Shown piece by piece: positions 36,954 to 49,967 of a DNA stretch of 64,000 nt. Made by a program: the position numbers and the translations under genes. This DNA is from Selaginella moellendorffii (Eukaryota; Plantae; Lycopodiophyta). The stretch is from NCBI RefSeq assembly GCF_000143415.4, contig NW_003314292.1, positions 1,371,498 to 1,435,497 on the forward strand, in the 5' to 3' direction. The number at the start of each line of letters is the position of its first letter. Position 1 is the first letter of the stretch. The notes beneath the pieces are model-generated. The model made no database searches and was not told where the DNA came from. It worked only from the letters and a program-made list of their open reading frames with translations.

Positions 36954-39320
36954 ATGCTCTGTCGATGCTTCCCGCGATCTACAGCGGCAGCGCATCGCTG
37001 CAGCATCAAAGAATCGTCGAGCTCGATCATCACCATACCCCTGCTTCTCACCGCTCTCAAGGCGTGTAGCAGCGCCAGGGATTTGGAGCTGGGCAAGAGG
37101 ATCCACGCCAATGCTGCCGAGACCGATCGCACCAGCGACGTCTTCATCGCATCCAAGCTCGTCGACACGTACGCCAAATGCGGGAGCATGAGCGACGCCC
37201 AATCGGTCTTCGCGGCGATGCGCGAGGACAGCGTCGTCGCCTGGACGGCTCTCATGCTGGGATTCGTGGAGAATGGCCACGGCGATTTGGCGCTGGAGCT
37301 CTTCGATCGAATGCTACGCTCGAGCTGCCGCCCAAATGCCAGGACCTTCCTCGCGGCTCTCAAGGCCTGTGTGAGCCTCGTCATAGCCAGAGCTCTTCCG
37401 GGTGGAGAAAACTTCCAAGGAACTGAGAATCACCTTGCGCGAAGAACGGTGCTAGATCCGGAGAGAACAATCGAAGGAACTATCCATCTTGATATTGGAG
37501 AGACTGTCCAAGCAGGAGATTTCTCGCCAAGAACAGTGCTGGATTCTAGCCACCTTCGAAAGAGCACTGGAGAACTCCACCACCACCTCGAGAGAGCAGT
37601 GAAGATCCATTCGCTAGCTCGTTCCAGCGGCTGCGACTCGGACGTCTTCGTCGCAAACACACTGGTGGATCTCTACGCGAAGTGTGGGAGCTTGGATCGA
37701 GCGCAGCGAGTCTTCCATTCCATAGCTCGTCCCACAGTGGTGTCCTGGACGTCACTCATCCTGGGATACGTAGACGCTGGCGATGGAGCCACGGCGTTAG
37801 AACTTTTCGAGAGAATGAAGATCCAAAATACCTGTCAAGCCGACGCTCACTGCCTCGTCGCAGCTCTCAAGGCCTGCTCGCTCGCTGCCGAGAAAGAAGA
37901 GCGCTCCACTGACTCCACCAAACTTCTCGGCCTGGAGAAAACTCGATCCATCCATTCCGACGCTCTTGCTCGCGGCTACGCCTCCAACATCTTCATCAGC
38001 AGCTCTCTGATCGATGCGTATGCCAAGTGTGGAAGCATGATCGAAGCTCGGGCAGTCTTCGATAGCATGCCTCGCCACGACGTGATTTGCTGGACGTCTC
38101 TCCTCACTGGCTACGCCGAGAATGACGAACCCGAGCTATGTCTCCAGCTCTTCTCTTGCATGAGGAGCCATGGCTGCTCTCCAGACGCTCGGACTTTCGT
38201 TGCAGCACTCACTGCCTGCTCGAGCCTGGCTGATCTTGAGACTGGGAAACGAATCCAGCAAGAACTCTCCAGCCACGGCTTCCAGAACGATTGCTTCGTG
38301 GCAAACTCGCTGATCGACTTCTACGGCAAGTGTGGCTGCCTGGCTCAAGCCGAGAAAGTCTTCCACGCCATGGGAAGCTCTAGGCGTAGCTTGGTCTCTT
38401 GGAGCTCCCTCATAGCCGGCTACAGTCGCCAGGGTGATGCTCAGCGCGTCTTCGATCTCTTCCAGGCCATGAAAGACGCTGGCGTCGGCGTGAATGGCAT
38501 CACTTTCCTCTCCGTTCTCACTGCGTGCAGCCATACCGGTCTCGTTGAACACGGGCGCCGTTACTTCGAAGAGATGGTAACTCGTCACGCCATAGCCCCC
38601 GAGATCGAGCACTACCACTGCATGGTTGATCTTCTAGGCAGAGCCAACCATCTGGATGAAGCTCTGGAAATGGTGACCACTGTCATGCCTTTCAAACCCA
38701 CCGTAGTAACGTGGAAGACCGTCCTGGGTGCTTGTCGAAAGTGGAAGAACGCCAAGTTGGGAAGAGTTGCCTTTGAGAACCTGGTGAAGTTATACCCCAA
38801 GCAGGATTCAACGTATCTCTTGATGTCGAATCTGTATGGCAGCCTGGGAATGTGGGACGAGCAAACCAGTGTTCTTCATCTCAGGTCCGCTGCTCAGACC
38901 TCCAAGAAACCCGGACTAAGCTGGTGGACTGACGATCGCGGACTCGTCCACGCCTTTAAAGTTGGTGACAAGAGCCATCCTCAGATTGAAGCAATAAACT
39001 CGAAGCTGAGAACTCTGGCACTTCAGTTGAAGGAGAACGGGCACGTAGCCGACCTGAGCAGTGTCTTTCACAACATCTCCGACGTTGACAAAGAAGATGC
39101 TCTGTGTGAACACAGCGAGCGGCTAGCCATTGCCTGTGCACTCGTCAACACGGCACCAGGAACTGCTATACGAGTCGTCAAGAGCTTGAGATTCTGCGAT
39201 GACTGTCACTCGGTGATTGCGGGTGTTTCCAAGCTCGAGCAGCGTCAGATTGTCTGCAGGGATTCGAGCCGGTTTCACGTCTTTGAAAACGGAAGGTGCT
39301 CCTGTAACAACTTCTGGTAG
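36954..39320 (+). CDS. DYW-type PLS PPR protein (candidate organellar C-to-U editing factor); ORF is open from 36846, likely start 36954
   Basis: PLS repeats, E domain, PG box KKPGLSWW, HSERLA, CDDCH and terminal CSCNNFW. Confidence 0.95.
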   Translation: MLCRCFPRSTAAAHRCSIKESSSSIITIPLLLTALKACSSARDLELGKRIHANAAETDRTSDVFIASKLVDTYAKCGSMSDAQSVFAAMREDSVVAWTALMLGFVENGHGDLALELFDRMLRSSCRPNARTFLAALKACVSLVIARALPGGENFQGTENHLARRTVLDPERTIEGTIHLDIGETVQAGDFSPRTVLDSSHLRKSTGELHHHLERAVKIHSLARSSGCDSDVFVANTLVDLYAKCGSLDRAQRVFHSIARPTVVSWTSLILGYVDAGDGATALELFERMKIQNTCQADAHCLVAALKACSLAAEKEERSTDSTKLLGLEKTRSIHSDALARGYASNIFISSSLIDAYAKCGSMIEARAVFDSMPRHDVICWTSLLTGYAENDEPELCLQLFSCMRSHGCSPDARTFVAALTACSSLADLETGKRIQQELSSHGFQNDCFVANSLIDFYGKCGCLAQAEKVFHAMGSSRRSLVSWSSLIAGYSRQGDAQRVFDLFQAMKDAGVGVNGITFLSVLTACSHTGLVEHGRRYFEEMVTRHAIAPEIEHYHCMVDLLGRANHLDEALEMVTTVMPFKPTVVTWKTVLGACRKWKNAKLGRVAFENLVKLYPKQDSTYLLMSNLYGSLGMWDEQTSVLHLRSAAQTSKKPGLSWWTDDRGLVHAFKVGDKSHPQIEAINSKLRTLALQLKENGHVADLSSVFHNISDVDKEDALCEHSERLAIACALVNTAPGTAIRVVKSLRFCDDCHSVIAGVSKLEQRQIVCRDSSRFHVFENGRCSCNNFW

Positions 39321-39482
39321 CAATCGCATTGCTGCAGCTTGATTAAAACCGAAATCAACAAAGAACGAAAAAGAACCCGTATCTACAAACCAAAGCTTCG
39401 AGTTCTTCCGTCGGCCAAAAAAGAAGAAAAAATATCTGATCCTGATCCTGTAACGAACACCCATCGACGTGAAAATTGTCAG

Positions 39483-41574
<2,092 letters not shown>

Positions 41575-41726
41575 TTCTTAGCTACACCACATTCTCTTCT
41601 AAAGCCCTAGCGAGCAATCTTAAGAACCCTAAATTCCGCCACGTGTCCCACCCATTCCTAAAGTTCCTTTTGGAAAAAATTGGCGCTCAATTTCAAGTTT
41701 AAAAAAATTTGACAAGGGGGAGACGA

Positions 41727-43972
41727 TCACGCGTGGGCTGCCGCTGGTTCTTCCTCCGGTGGATTGGCGGCGAGTTTGGAGCTTTGCAAGACTGGATCGA
41801 GAGGGAGAAACTGGCACTGGGCGTAGTTTTGGAGGAGCTGATCCGCGAGAACCAGGGCCACCATCGCCTCCACCATTGGAACAGCTGCAAGAAATCGATC
41901 GATGAGCATTCACGAGAGGAGAAAGGATTCCTGGATGTTACCTCGAGGAACGACGCAGGGATCATGACGACCACGAGCTCTCAGCTCGGTTTCTTGCCGG
42001 TCTCTCGTTACAGTCTTTTGGAATTTCTGCGAGAAGCAAGCAAGCAAACGAAATCAATGCCGGCGCAGTGAGAATTCATGACGAAAGAGAACTTACAGTG
42101 ATTGTAGACGTCGGCTTGAATGCTATTCTCATCACTATCGTCTCTCCATTTGAAATTCCTCCCTGCATAAATTGTTCGCAAGTTTAGAAAAAAAAAGGAG
42201 AGGAAGTCAGTAGATTATAGTTCCACGTACCTGGATGCCACCAGATCGATTTGTACGTGTTCTTACGTTACCAATTTCGTCAATGTAGAACTCATCATTG
42301 TGTTCGCTGCCTGTCATTTTAGTTCCTGCGAGAAAAGTTCACAACCATTGTAAACTTTTGTAGAAAGCGATCTCGTGTTACCTTCAAAGCCACTTCCAAT
42401 CTCGAAGCCTTTGGTGGCAGGCAGAGACATGAGAGCCTTGGCGAGCTCGGCTTCTAGCTTGTCAAAAACTGGAGTCCCAAGTCCCTGAAAGTAGAAAAAA
42501 GCTTGATTCATATAAACTTGCGTGAATGCAGAGGAATATTTCTTACCCGAGGAACGTTTCTAGCAATGCAAGTGACGACTCCTCCCACGGAATCTCCCCT
42601 CACTCTCACAGCGTCGATGGCAGCGATCATCTTTTCCGCCATATCTTGATCCGGGCACCTCACGATGTTGCTCTCGACCTGGAATCACGAAACTTGAGAA
42701 CGCCAAGGAAATATAAAAGCACAAATTAGTACCTGTTCTAGCGTCAAGTTGTCATGGTCGATTGCTCCTTCGGGAAGCTCAACTTGATGAACTCTTGACA
42801 CATAAGCTAGCACCTAGTAAGAAGGAAAATAAAATGTCGTTTGTAAATCCTTTAACTCTTTCTTCCTCTCTTTATCCTGTACCTCGGTTCCACATTGCTG
42901 TTTGAGTAACTTCTTTGCGATTGCCCCCGCTGCTACTCTTCCAATTGTTTCTCGGGCCGATGATCTTCCTCCACCCTGAAAAAGATTTTAAGCTTAACAC
43001 CCCGAGGGATGTTGCAAGGAAAAGTTTGGATTTAACCTGGACAGCTCGAATTCCATACTTGAAGTCGTAAGTAGCATCTGCATGAGATGGCCGATAAGCT
43101 AGAGCCATCTCTGAGTAATCCTGCAGAAAAACACCGCACATTAAGTTCCAGTGTTTCTTCCATTAACGAAAACTTACTCCTCCACGTTGATCCGTGTTGG
43201 GAACCAGAACAGCAATAGGAGTCCCCAGTGTCATTCCTATGAGAAAGAGATTGGTACACTTAGAGAAGAAAAGAAACAAATGGAAACACAAGAAGCTACA
43301 TTACCTTGTGCCACACCAGAGAGAATTTTGCAAGTGTCTGTTTCTTTTCTTGGAGTTGTGATCCGACTTTGGCCCGGCCTCCTGTTCGTTAAAACACGAA
43401 GAGAATAAGCAAAGCTCCCAAAACATACAATGAAGACACAAAGAACATAGTAGTTCATCACAAACAACGAACATACAAAGAACACACAAAGAGTAACAAG
43501 GAGTAACAACGAATAAAATGAAGAACTACACACAAAGAACTCAAAGCAATAGGAAGAAAGAAAGAACATACCTTCTGTCTAGATCCTCTTGCATGTCTTC
43601 CTCGGTGAGATTGAGCCTCGGAGGGCATCCATCGATGACACATCCAACTCCTCCACCGTGAGACTCACCGAAAGTGGTAACGCGGAAGAGATTTCCAAAA
43701 GTATTTCCCACACCAGCACGAACTTCTGCCAAAGAGAAAGAATATCAAATCTATCGCTTTTTTGCGCAGGTTATCCTCTCACCCAATCTCCTGTGCGAGG
43801 ATGACCTACTCGTGGATTGCCTCCCCGACGCGCTCAGCCTCGCGCACTCTAGCCTGGAAACTCGCAACCCAGCTGCTCCATCTGCCGAAATTTGCGACCG
43901 ATTTTGATTCCCAGCCTCGGAGCTGCTGCATTGCGCCAAGATCGACGAACCCATCTGCGTCATGGCGGCCAT
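41727..43972 (-). CDS. aroC: Chorismate synthase, plastid-targeted (multi-exon)
   Basis: [47 protein letters not shown] and [19 protein letters not shown] across short GT-AG introns. Confidence 0.97.
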
Positions 43973-44222
43973 GGTGGATCGACTATGGCGCTAGATCGAA
44001 AATGCGCGCTCCAAAGCCTCCTAGACAAGCAAGATTTCTCCCGATCCAAATTTCTCACTCCTCTCCCTCTCGCCTTCCTCGCCCTACCTCTCCTCTCTTC
44101 TAGTAAAGAAATTCTCCATGGTTTTAGTCAAAGCTTTGTGGCTCGTCAACTATTTCTACCCGTCAAACAAGACTGCGTTGACTGTTAAATTATTCTTTTC
44201 TCTTAGCGATCAAATTCCTCCA

Positions 44223-46130
44223 CTACGGCTTCGAATCATCTTGGTTTTCTTGTTCTTGAGCAAATCGACGCCAGTACCAGTGCTTACTCCACTCTTGCTG
44301 CATTTCCTCGATTGGGACTTTCTTCGTCTCGGGCAAGAAGAAATGCACGAAGAGCGTCATGACCACCACCCAGCCCGCGAAGAACAAGAAGATCCCAAAC
44401 CTGAAGTGGCAAAACATCGAGAGAAAGGATTGCGCGACCGCGAAGGTGAAGAGCATGTTTACTGCGACGGTGATGCACTGACCAGCAGATCTCGTCTCAA
44501 GAGCGAAAACTTCGCTGGGAACCAGCCATCCCAAAGGTCCCCAAGACCACGCGAAAGAAACCACGTAAACGCATGTCACCACCAAAATCACTACTGCAAA
44601 TCCCCGAGAGAGCTCTTCGTTCCCATTGAACTCGAATGCTAGAACCAGTCCAGTGACAACCTTGAAAATCATTGGAAACATTTGTAAGTACTGCGATCGA
44701 TCATGACTTACCTGGCCAATAAACATAAGAATTCCTCCATGGAGAAAGAGAACTCTCCGGCCAAACTTGTCAACCGTGAAGATCGAGATTCCAGTTCCAA
44801 TGATCAGCATCAATCCCGTGATCACTGCCGAGTAGAGCGAGGCATTGCTGTGGAACCCGATCGACTGGAACAACACCGGAGCGTAGAAAGTTATAACATT
44901 GATGCCTGTGACTTGCTGAAAGTATGGAATGAGCACGGCCATTGTGAGCTGGGGCCTGTTCTTCCGGCGAAAGATGCTTAGAAATGGATCCTTGATCGTC
45001 GAGGCAACTCTGCTGGCTTCCACCAGATCCTGGAACTCGGCCTCCACGTCTGGAGTTCCTCGGATTTTCTGGAGGACTGATTTCCCTTGCTCGAGATGGC
45101 CTCGCTCAATCAGGCTGTTTGGAGTGTCAGAGAGGAAAATGGCCGCAAGGGTGAGGAGCGATGCTGGGACTGCCGCAAGGCCGAGCGAAAGTCTCCATCC
45201 CCAGGGCTGGAGATTAGCAGTGCCATAGTTGATGAGATTCGCACACAAGATCCCAAAGTTGACGGCTTGCTGGAACATTATGTTGAGACCACCGCGAAGT
45301 TTTGGTGGTGCCATCTCTGATAAGTAGACTGGTACTGACTGGCAACAAAAAGAAAATAAAATAAAATAAAATAAAAGACTGTTTCGTTCTCTATGATGAA
45401 GTTACCTTTGAAGTTAAAATGTTTCATCCAGGAGGAAAAATCATAAGATTTAAATGAGAATCCAATGCAGTCTTACCTGGAGGAGAAAACCACATGGTTA
45501 ATCTTCCTTTACCAGAACTTTAGACATAGATCAAGCTTACCTGCAAAGAAAAATGCAAACCTTTGTAAGTTTGTGACGAAGGTAAAAGAATGAGGGAGTT
45601 TCATGCCTGATTTCCAAAGCCGACTCCGACACCCAGCATCATCCGGCCGATGATAAGCATCGCCAAATTCTCTGCGGCAGCATTGAGAGCCGCTCCAACG
45701 AGAAAGCTGAGGCCACCAATTAGCATTGTTGGGCGTCGCCCCTTGTTGCTCGTCACGTAGGAAGCTCCAAAGCTCGCAAAGAGAGCCGCGAGATAGAGCG
45801 AGGATGTGAATGCCTGGAGACCCTGGTTGTCATACTTACAGTAATTGTTCTCATGGGCAGCGTGCTTGCGGACATAGACAGTGGGGAAAAACTTGATGAG
45901 AAAATCGTCCATGGCGATAACACCACCTAGAAAAAGAACAAAAAAAACAAAGAGAAGAACTTGCAATAAGTGAAAACCTCTGCTATACCTGAGATTCCAA
46001 TGTCATATCCAAATATCAAACCTCCGCTGGCGGCCGCGATGCAAGCCAGCAACACCGGAATGGTAGTGCGACCCTTGTAATTGATCTGCCTATTTGCGAG
46101 CGATGGAGCGAGAAGAGATCCTCCAGCCAT
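44223..46130 (-). CDS. STP: Sugar transport protein (STP/MST hexose-H+ symporter); exons 46130-45989, 45926-45607, 45338-44712, 44660-44223
   Basis: [29 protein letters not shown]|[31 protein letters not shown] and PETK. Intron 2 has a GC donor. Confidence 0.95.
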
Positions 46131-46333
46131 CGAGGACAAGTGAACAAACCCAAAACTGTGTTAGGCAACACACTGTCCTGGTCCAAGCTCTCGTCGTCAT
46201 GCGTGGACTTTGACCGAGAGGATATTTGCCAGCTTTATATAGTTTTTTCCCTTTAAGAAATTACAATTTTGTCCGTAGGAAACATCAATCAAATAGAAGG
46301 ACGGCTTTCTTAAAATAAATTATAACCAATGAG

Positions 46334-47183
46334 CTAACCATATCTGCGGAGGTAACTATTGATGTGCGGAGGTTTCTTGAGGCTCCTCAAATTCTTGGGT
46401 AAAGCATTCCCTGTTGCTTCAGCAAACACCCTCAAAGCTTGAATGGCCTTGTCTTGCATCACAGCAAGCTGTTTGTGAACATCAACCTCTTCCAAATCCA
46501 TTGCTGGAAAACCAACACAATAACCCCATAGAGGTTCGCGTGGAGACTGTAACATGTAGCGATGAAGCAGCCCTGCGTAGAAAATTGATCCCACAAGTAC
46601 AAGGGCTTGTACTTGCCATGCTAGCGGTGGAGCCGCAAGGGCCAGACTATAAGAACCCACGTAGACCAACATCCACACGATGGAAATCACGATGGACGCG
46701 AACACTCCAACCCCATCATACCAGTCGTCAGGAATTGGTTGCATGAAAGGAGTGAAAAGTCCACAGCATGATATCGCCAGCAGCAGAAGCATCACCCATT
46801 GATTTGTGGTGATTAAGGAACACACACCGCTGATGCCCCCAACAAGAAAACCGTATGTGATAGTTTTCTTTCGACCAAAGAAAATATACATAAGCGCTAC
46901 ATGGACGCCATTGTTAGTCTCTAGGAAAAGAAGGAAAAATAAACTGACCTGAGAAGAACCCGGCCCCTATGAAAGCAAAGGTTGCAATCGTTGCAGATAC
47001 CTCTTCAGATCGCTGAGGGGGCCAATGTATGGTAGCCATATAAAACCCATATGCAGTGAAGCCATGACAGAGGTGATTCATCAAAAACTGGCGCCACATA
47101 ATCCAGTTGCGACCGAGGTTCCAGTCTTTGTAGATATCGGCCAGATCATACTCACCATTCGGGCTCAACAATCCCTGCTCCAT
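46334..47183 (-). CDS. MEQGLLSPNGEYDL-family membrane protein, divergent copy 6 (intron 46948-46897, 52 nt)
   Basis: Splicing GTCAGT..TGTAG joins MEQGLL..GFFS to ALMYIFFGRKK.. in frame. Confidence 0.8.
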
Positions 47184-47509
47184 AGGGCAAATTCCCCTTA
47201 CCCTAAGAACCAAGCATATCCTTTTATGCTGGCAAGAAGGCCTTTTGGTACTGGAAAGACGCTCCGAGTTTTCATCCCAAGCAATGGTCTCCGCAGACGA
47301 TGTATTCCTCTTTGATGACACAACCAGCTCCAAGAGGGTGGGTTGCAGATAAAATTTCTTCCAAAACAGCTTTCGACACAACGCTATCCACTGTAGAATG
47401 TAGAGAAAAAAAGACCATGCCATGCATTTCAATCTGAGAAACGTACCAATTGGGGCCTGAAATGAAGCACCGCGGTTGTTCATTTGCTGCGTGCATGTTC
47501 TTACAGGAA

Positions 47510-48740
47510 TTATTCGATCTTTCCACCCGAACGGACACGTTTGATCCCGTCGCCACCTTCCTCCAAAGCCCTGACGTTCATGCTGGTATTCGCTGGGCGA
47601 CCATCGCTCTACAAGCACTCCGGTGAAGACGACTCGGGATTCACCCAGCGGGGAGACCTCATGGCCTCGAAGTTTGCGGCTCCACTCTCGCGAGCCATGA
47701 AGATCGGGGCCAGAGCCTTCTGTTGGGCTGGATGGACGTCCGGAATCCGTAGTAGAGCCTGTGTCCGAGGAGATTGCTGGGGAAGTGACTGCCAGCATGA
47801 AGGGAATTGTCCATCTCTGTCCCGGTGCTGCTACTGTGTTAGTCTCGCAATTGCGGCAAGATGGTGTCATCGTTCACTCGCATGTAAGCATTCGTCGTCA
47901 TTTCCTTGCTCCTCGTTTTTACGTGTTTGTCTCCTTTTTTTTCTCTCTTTTTCTGGCAGCTTCTTCTGGCATTCTATTTTCCTTGCTTTTTACTTCCAGC
48001 TTCATCGATGTGGCTTTGCAGATTTGCAATGCAGTTTTGGCAGCGAGGATAATGAAAGCAACGCTTGTGCTGCCTTGTGGAACGATAAAAGGTCCTATCG
48101 TTTGCTTTCTCGTCCCTGGTTATGATAAAGAGCAAACAGTTTTTTTTATGTTGCAGAGGTCATTTATGATTTACAACACTTTATCAAATCGCTTAGACAC
48201 GACGTCAAGAATCGTTTCAAACCGGACGTGATGCAGCTGAGAAAGTCAGCAGGCTCCGCGCTGAAGGCCACTTGATGTCGATCCACCTCCGATATGAGAT
48301 GGACATGCTCGCTTACGTACTTTCGACTTTCGCATTCTTTCGCCACTGACAAGCTTCTCTCAGGTGCCTCGCTTCAGTAGATACTAGGAAAGTCCAGGAA
48401 GCCGGAAGTGTCTCTTTACACCGGAAGAAGTCGGGCAGGCAATTGGCTTCGACACAATTCGACGTGCCTCTACCTCGCAGTGGGCGACATCTTTCGAGGC
48501 GAGAGGTTCATGCACCCACTGCGAGAATCCTGACCTGGAGAATTGCACTACCGTCGCTGCTCCGGACTGACCAGGCCGAAGGGAGAGGACTACTGGGACC
48601 GCCGGTGGGTGCTTGTCAATTCATGAGAGCTTCCGAGCGGCAGCCATGGCCTTCGAGGCACTCACACGGTTCTTCTGCCTGTCCACCTCGAGCTTTGTCG
48701 CTTCCTCTTCCTCACCAGCTTTATCACCAAGCTCGAAGTT
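47510..48740. pseudogene. Rearranged O-fucosyltransferase-family pseudogene (3' part on minus, 5'/middle part on plus)
   Basis: QICNAVLAARIMKATLVLP on plus; the C-terminal part on minus is homologous to 49970-50270. Confidence 0.75.
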
Positions 48741-48811
48741 GCAACCTGCTCTTCGTATGTAGATCACCGAGAGCAAGAACACACCGGCGGTCCCAGTAGT
48801 CCCCTCCCTAC

Positions 48812-49173
48812 CGGCAAAGAGAGCCGCGAGATAGAGCGAGGACGTGAATGCCTGGAGACCTTGGTTGTCATACTTACAGTAATTGTTCTCATGGGCAGCG
48901 TGCTTGCGGACATAGACAGTGGGGAAAAACTTGATGAGAAAATCGTCCATGGCAATAACACCACCTAGAAAAAAAACACAGCGAGAGAGAGAGAGAGCAG
49001 ATCTGTAGAACTTGCAATAAGTAAAAACCTCTTCTATACCTGAGATTCCAATGTCATATCCAAATATCAAACCTCCGCTAGCGCGATGCAAGCTAGCAAC
49101 ACCGGAATGGTAGTGCGACCCTTGTAATTGATCTGCCTATTTGCGATGAAGCGAGAAGAGATCCTCCAGCCAT
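48812..49173 (-). pseudogene. 5' fragment of STP (exon 1 to mid exon 2)
   Basis: Near-identical to 45775-46130, with small deletions. Confidence 0.9.
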
Positions 49174-49359
49174 CGAGGACAAGCGAACAAACAAACCCAA
49201 AACTGTGTTAAGCAGCACACTGTCCTGGTCGCCATGCGTGGACTTTGACCAAGAGGATATTTGTCAGCTTTATATAAATTCACATAATATTTTAAAACTA
49301 CAAATTCTCACTAAGAAGAATGGATTTCTTAAGGATTACTTGAAATAAATAGCAACCAA

Positions 49360-49775
49360 CTCAACTAAGCAGGCTCTTCAAATTCTGGGGTTGTTGCCTC
49401 AGCAAACTCCCTCAAAGCTTGAATGGCATTCTCCTGCATCACAGCAAGCTGTTTGTCAACATCAAGGTCTGCTGGAAAACCACTCATAGAAGGTCAAGTG
49501 GAGTGTAACATGTAGAAATGAAGCAGCCCTGCGTAGAAAATTGATCCCACAAGTACAAGGGCTTGTACTTGCCATGCTAGCGGTAGAGCCGCAAAGGCCA
49601 AACTAAAAGAACCCCCATGGAAATCACGATGAACGCGAACACTCCAACCCCATCATACCAGGAAAGGAGTGAAAAGTCCACAGCATAGCAGCGGAAGCAC
49701 CACCCATTGATTTGTGGTCATTATGAACACACGTATGTGTACGTTTTCTTTCGACCAAACAAAATATACGTAGCC
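49360..49775 (-). pseudogene. Deletion-riddled MEQGLL-family copy 7
   Basis: Colinear with 46370-46895 (gcagccctgcgtagaaaattgatcccacaagtacaaggg) but with many deletions and no exon 1. Confidence 0.85.
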
Positions 49776-49967
49776 ATATACAGAGGCAAATTCAAGCATA
49801 TGCTTTTCTTTTTTCAAACCGAGAGTTGCCCAAGAATGTAGACAGCATCAGTAGAAAAAAATGACCATGCCATGCATTTCAAACAGCTTGTTGCTGAGAA
49901 ACGTACCAATTGGGGCCCGAGATGAAGCAACGCGGTTGTTCATTTGCCTATGTTCTTTCATTATAAA

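Noticed and set aside
43384-43570. Longer chorismate synthase intron checked for recursive AG|GT junctions
   Set aside because: It is T/G-rich low-complexity sequence with no fused acceptor-donor sites seen.
41727-46130. Biosynthetic gene cluster (chorismate synthase, transporter, glycosyltransferase)
   Set aside because: These are housekeeping-type genes and the fucosyltransferase copies are pseudogenes; no pathway logic is evident.
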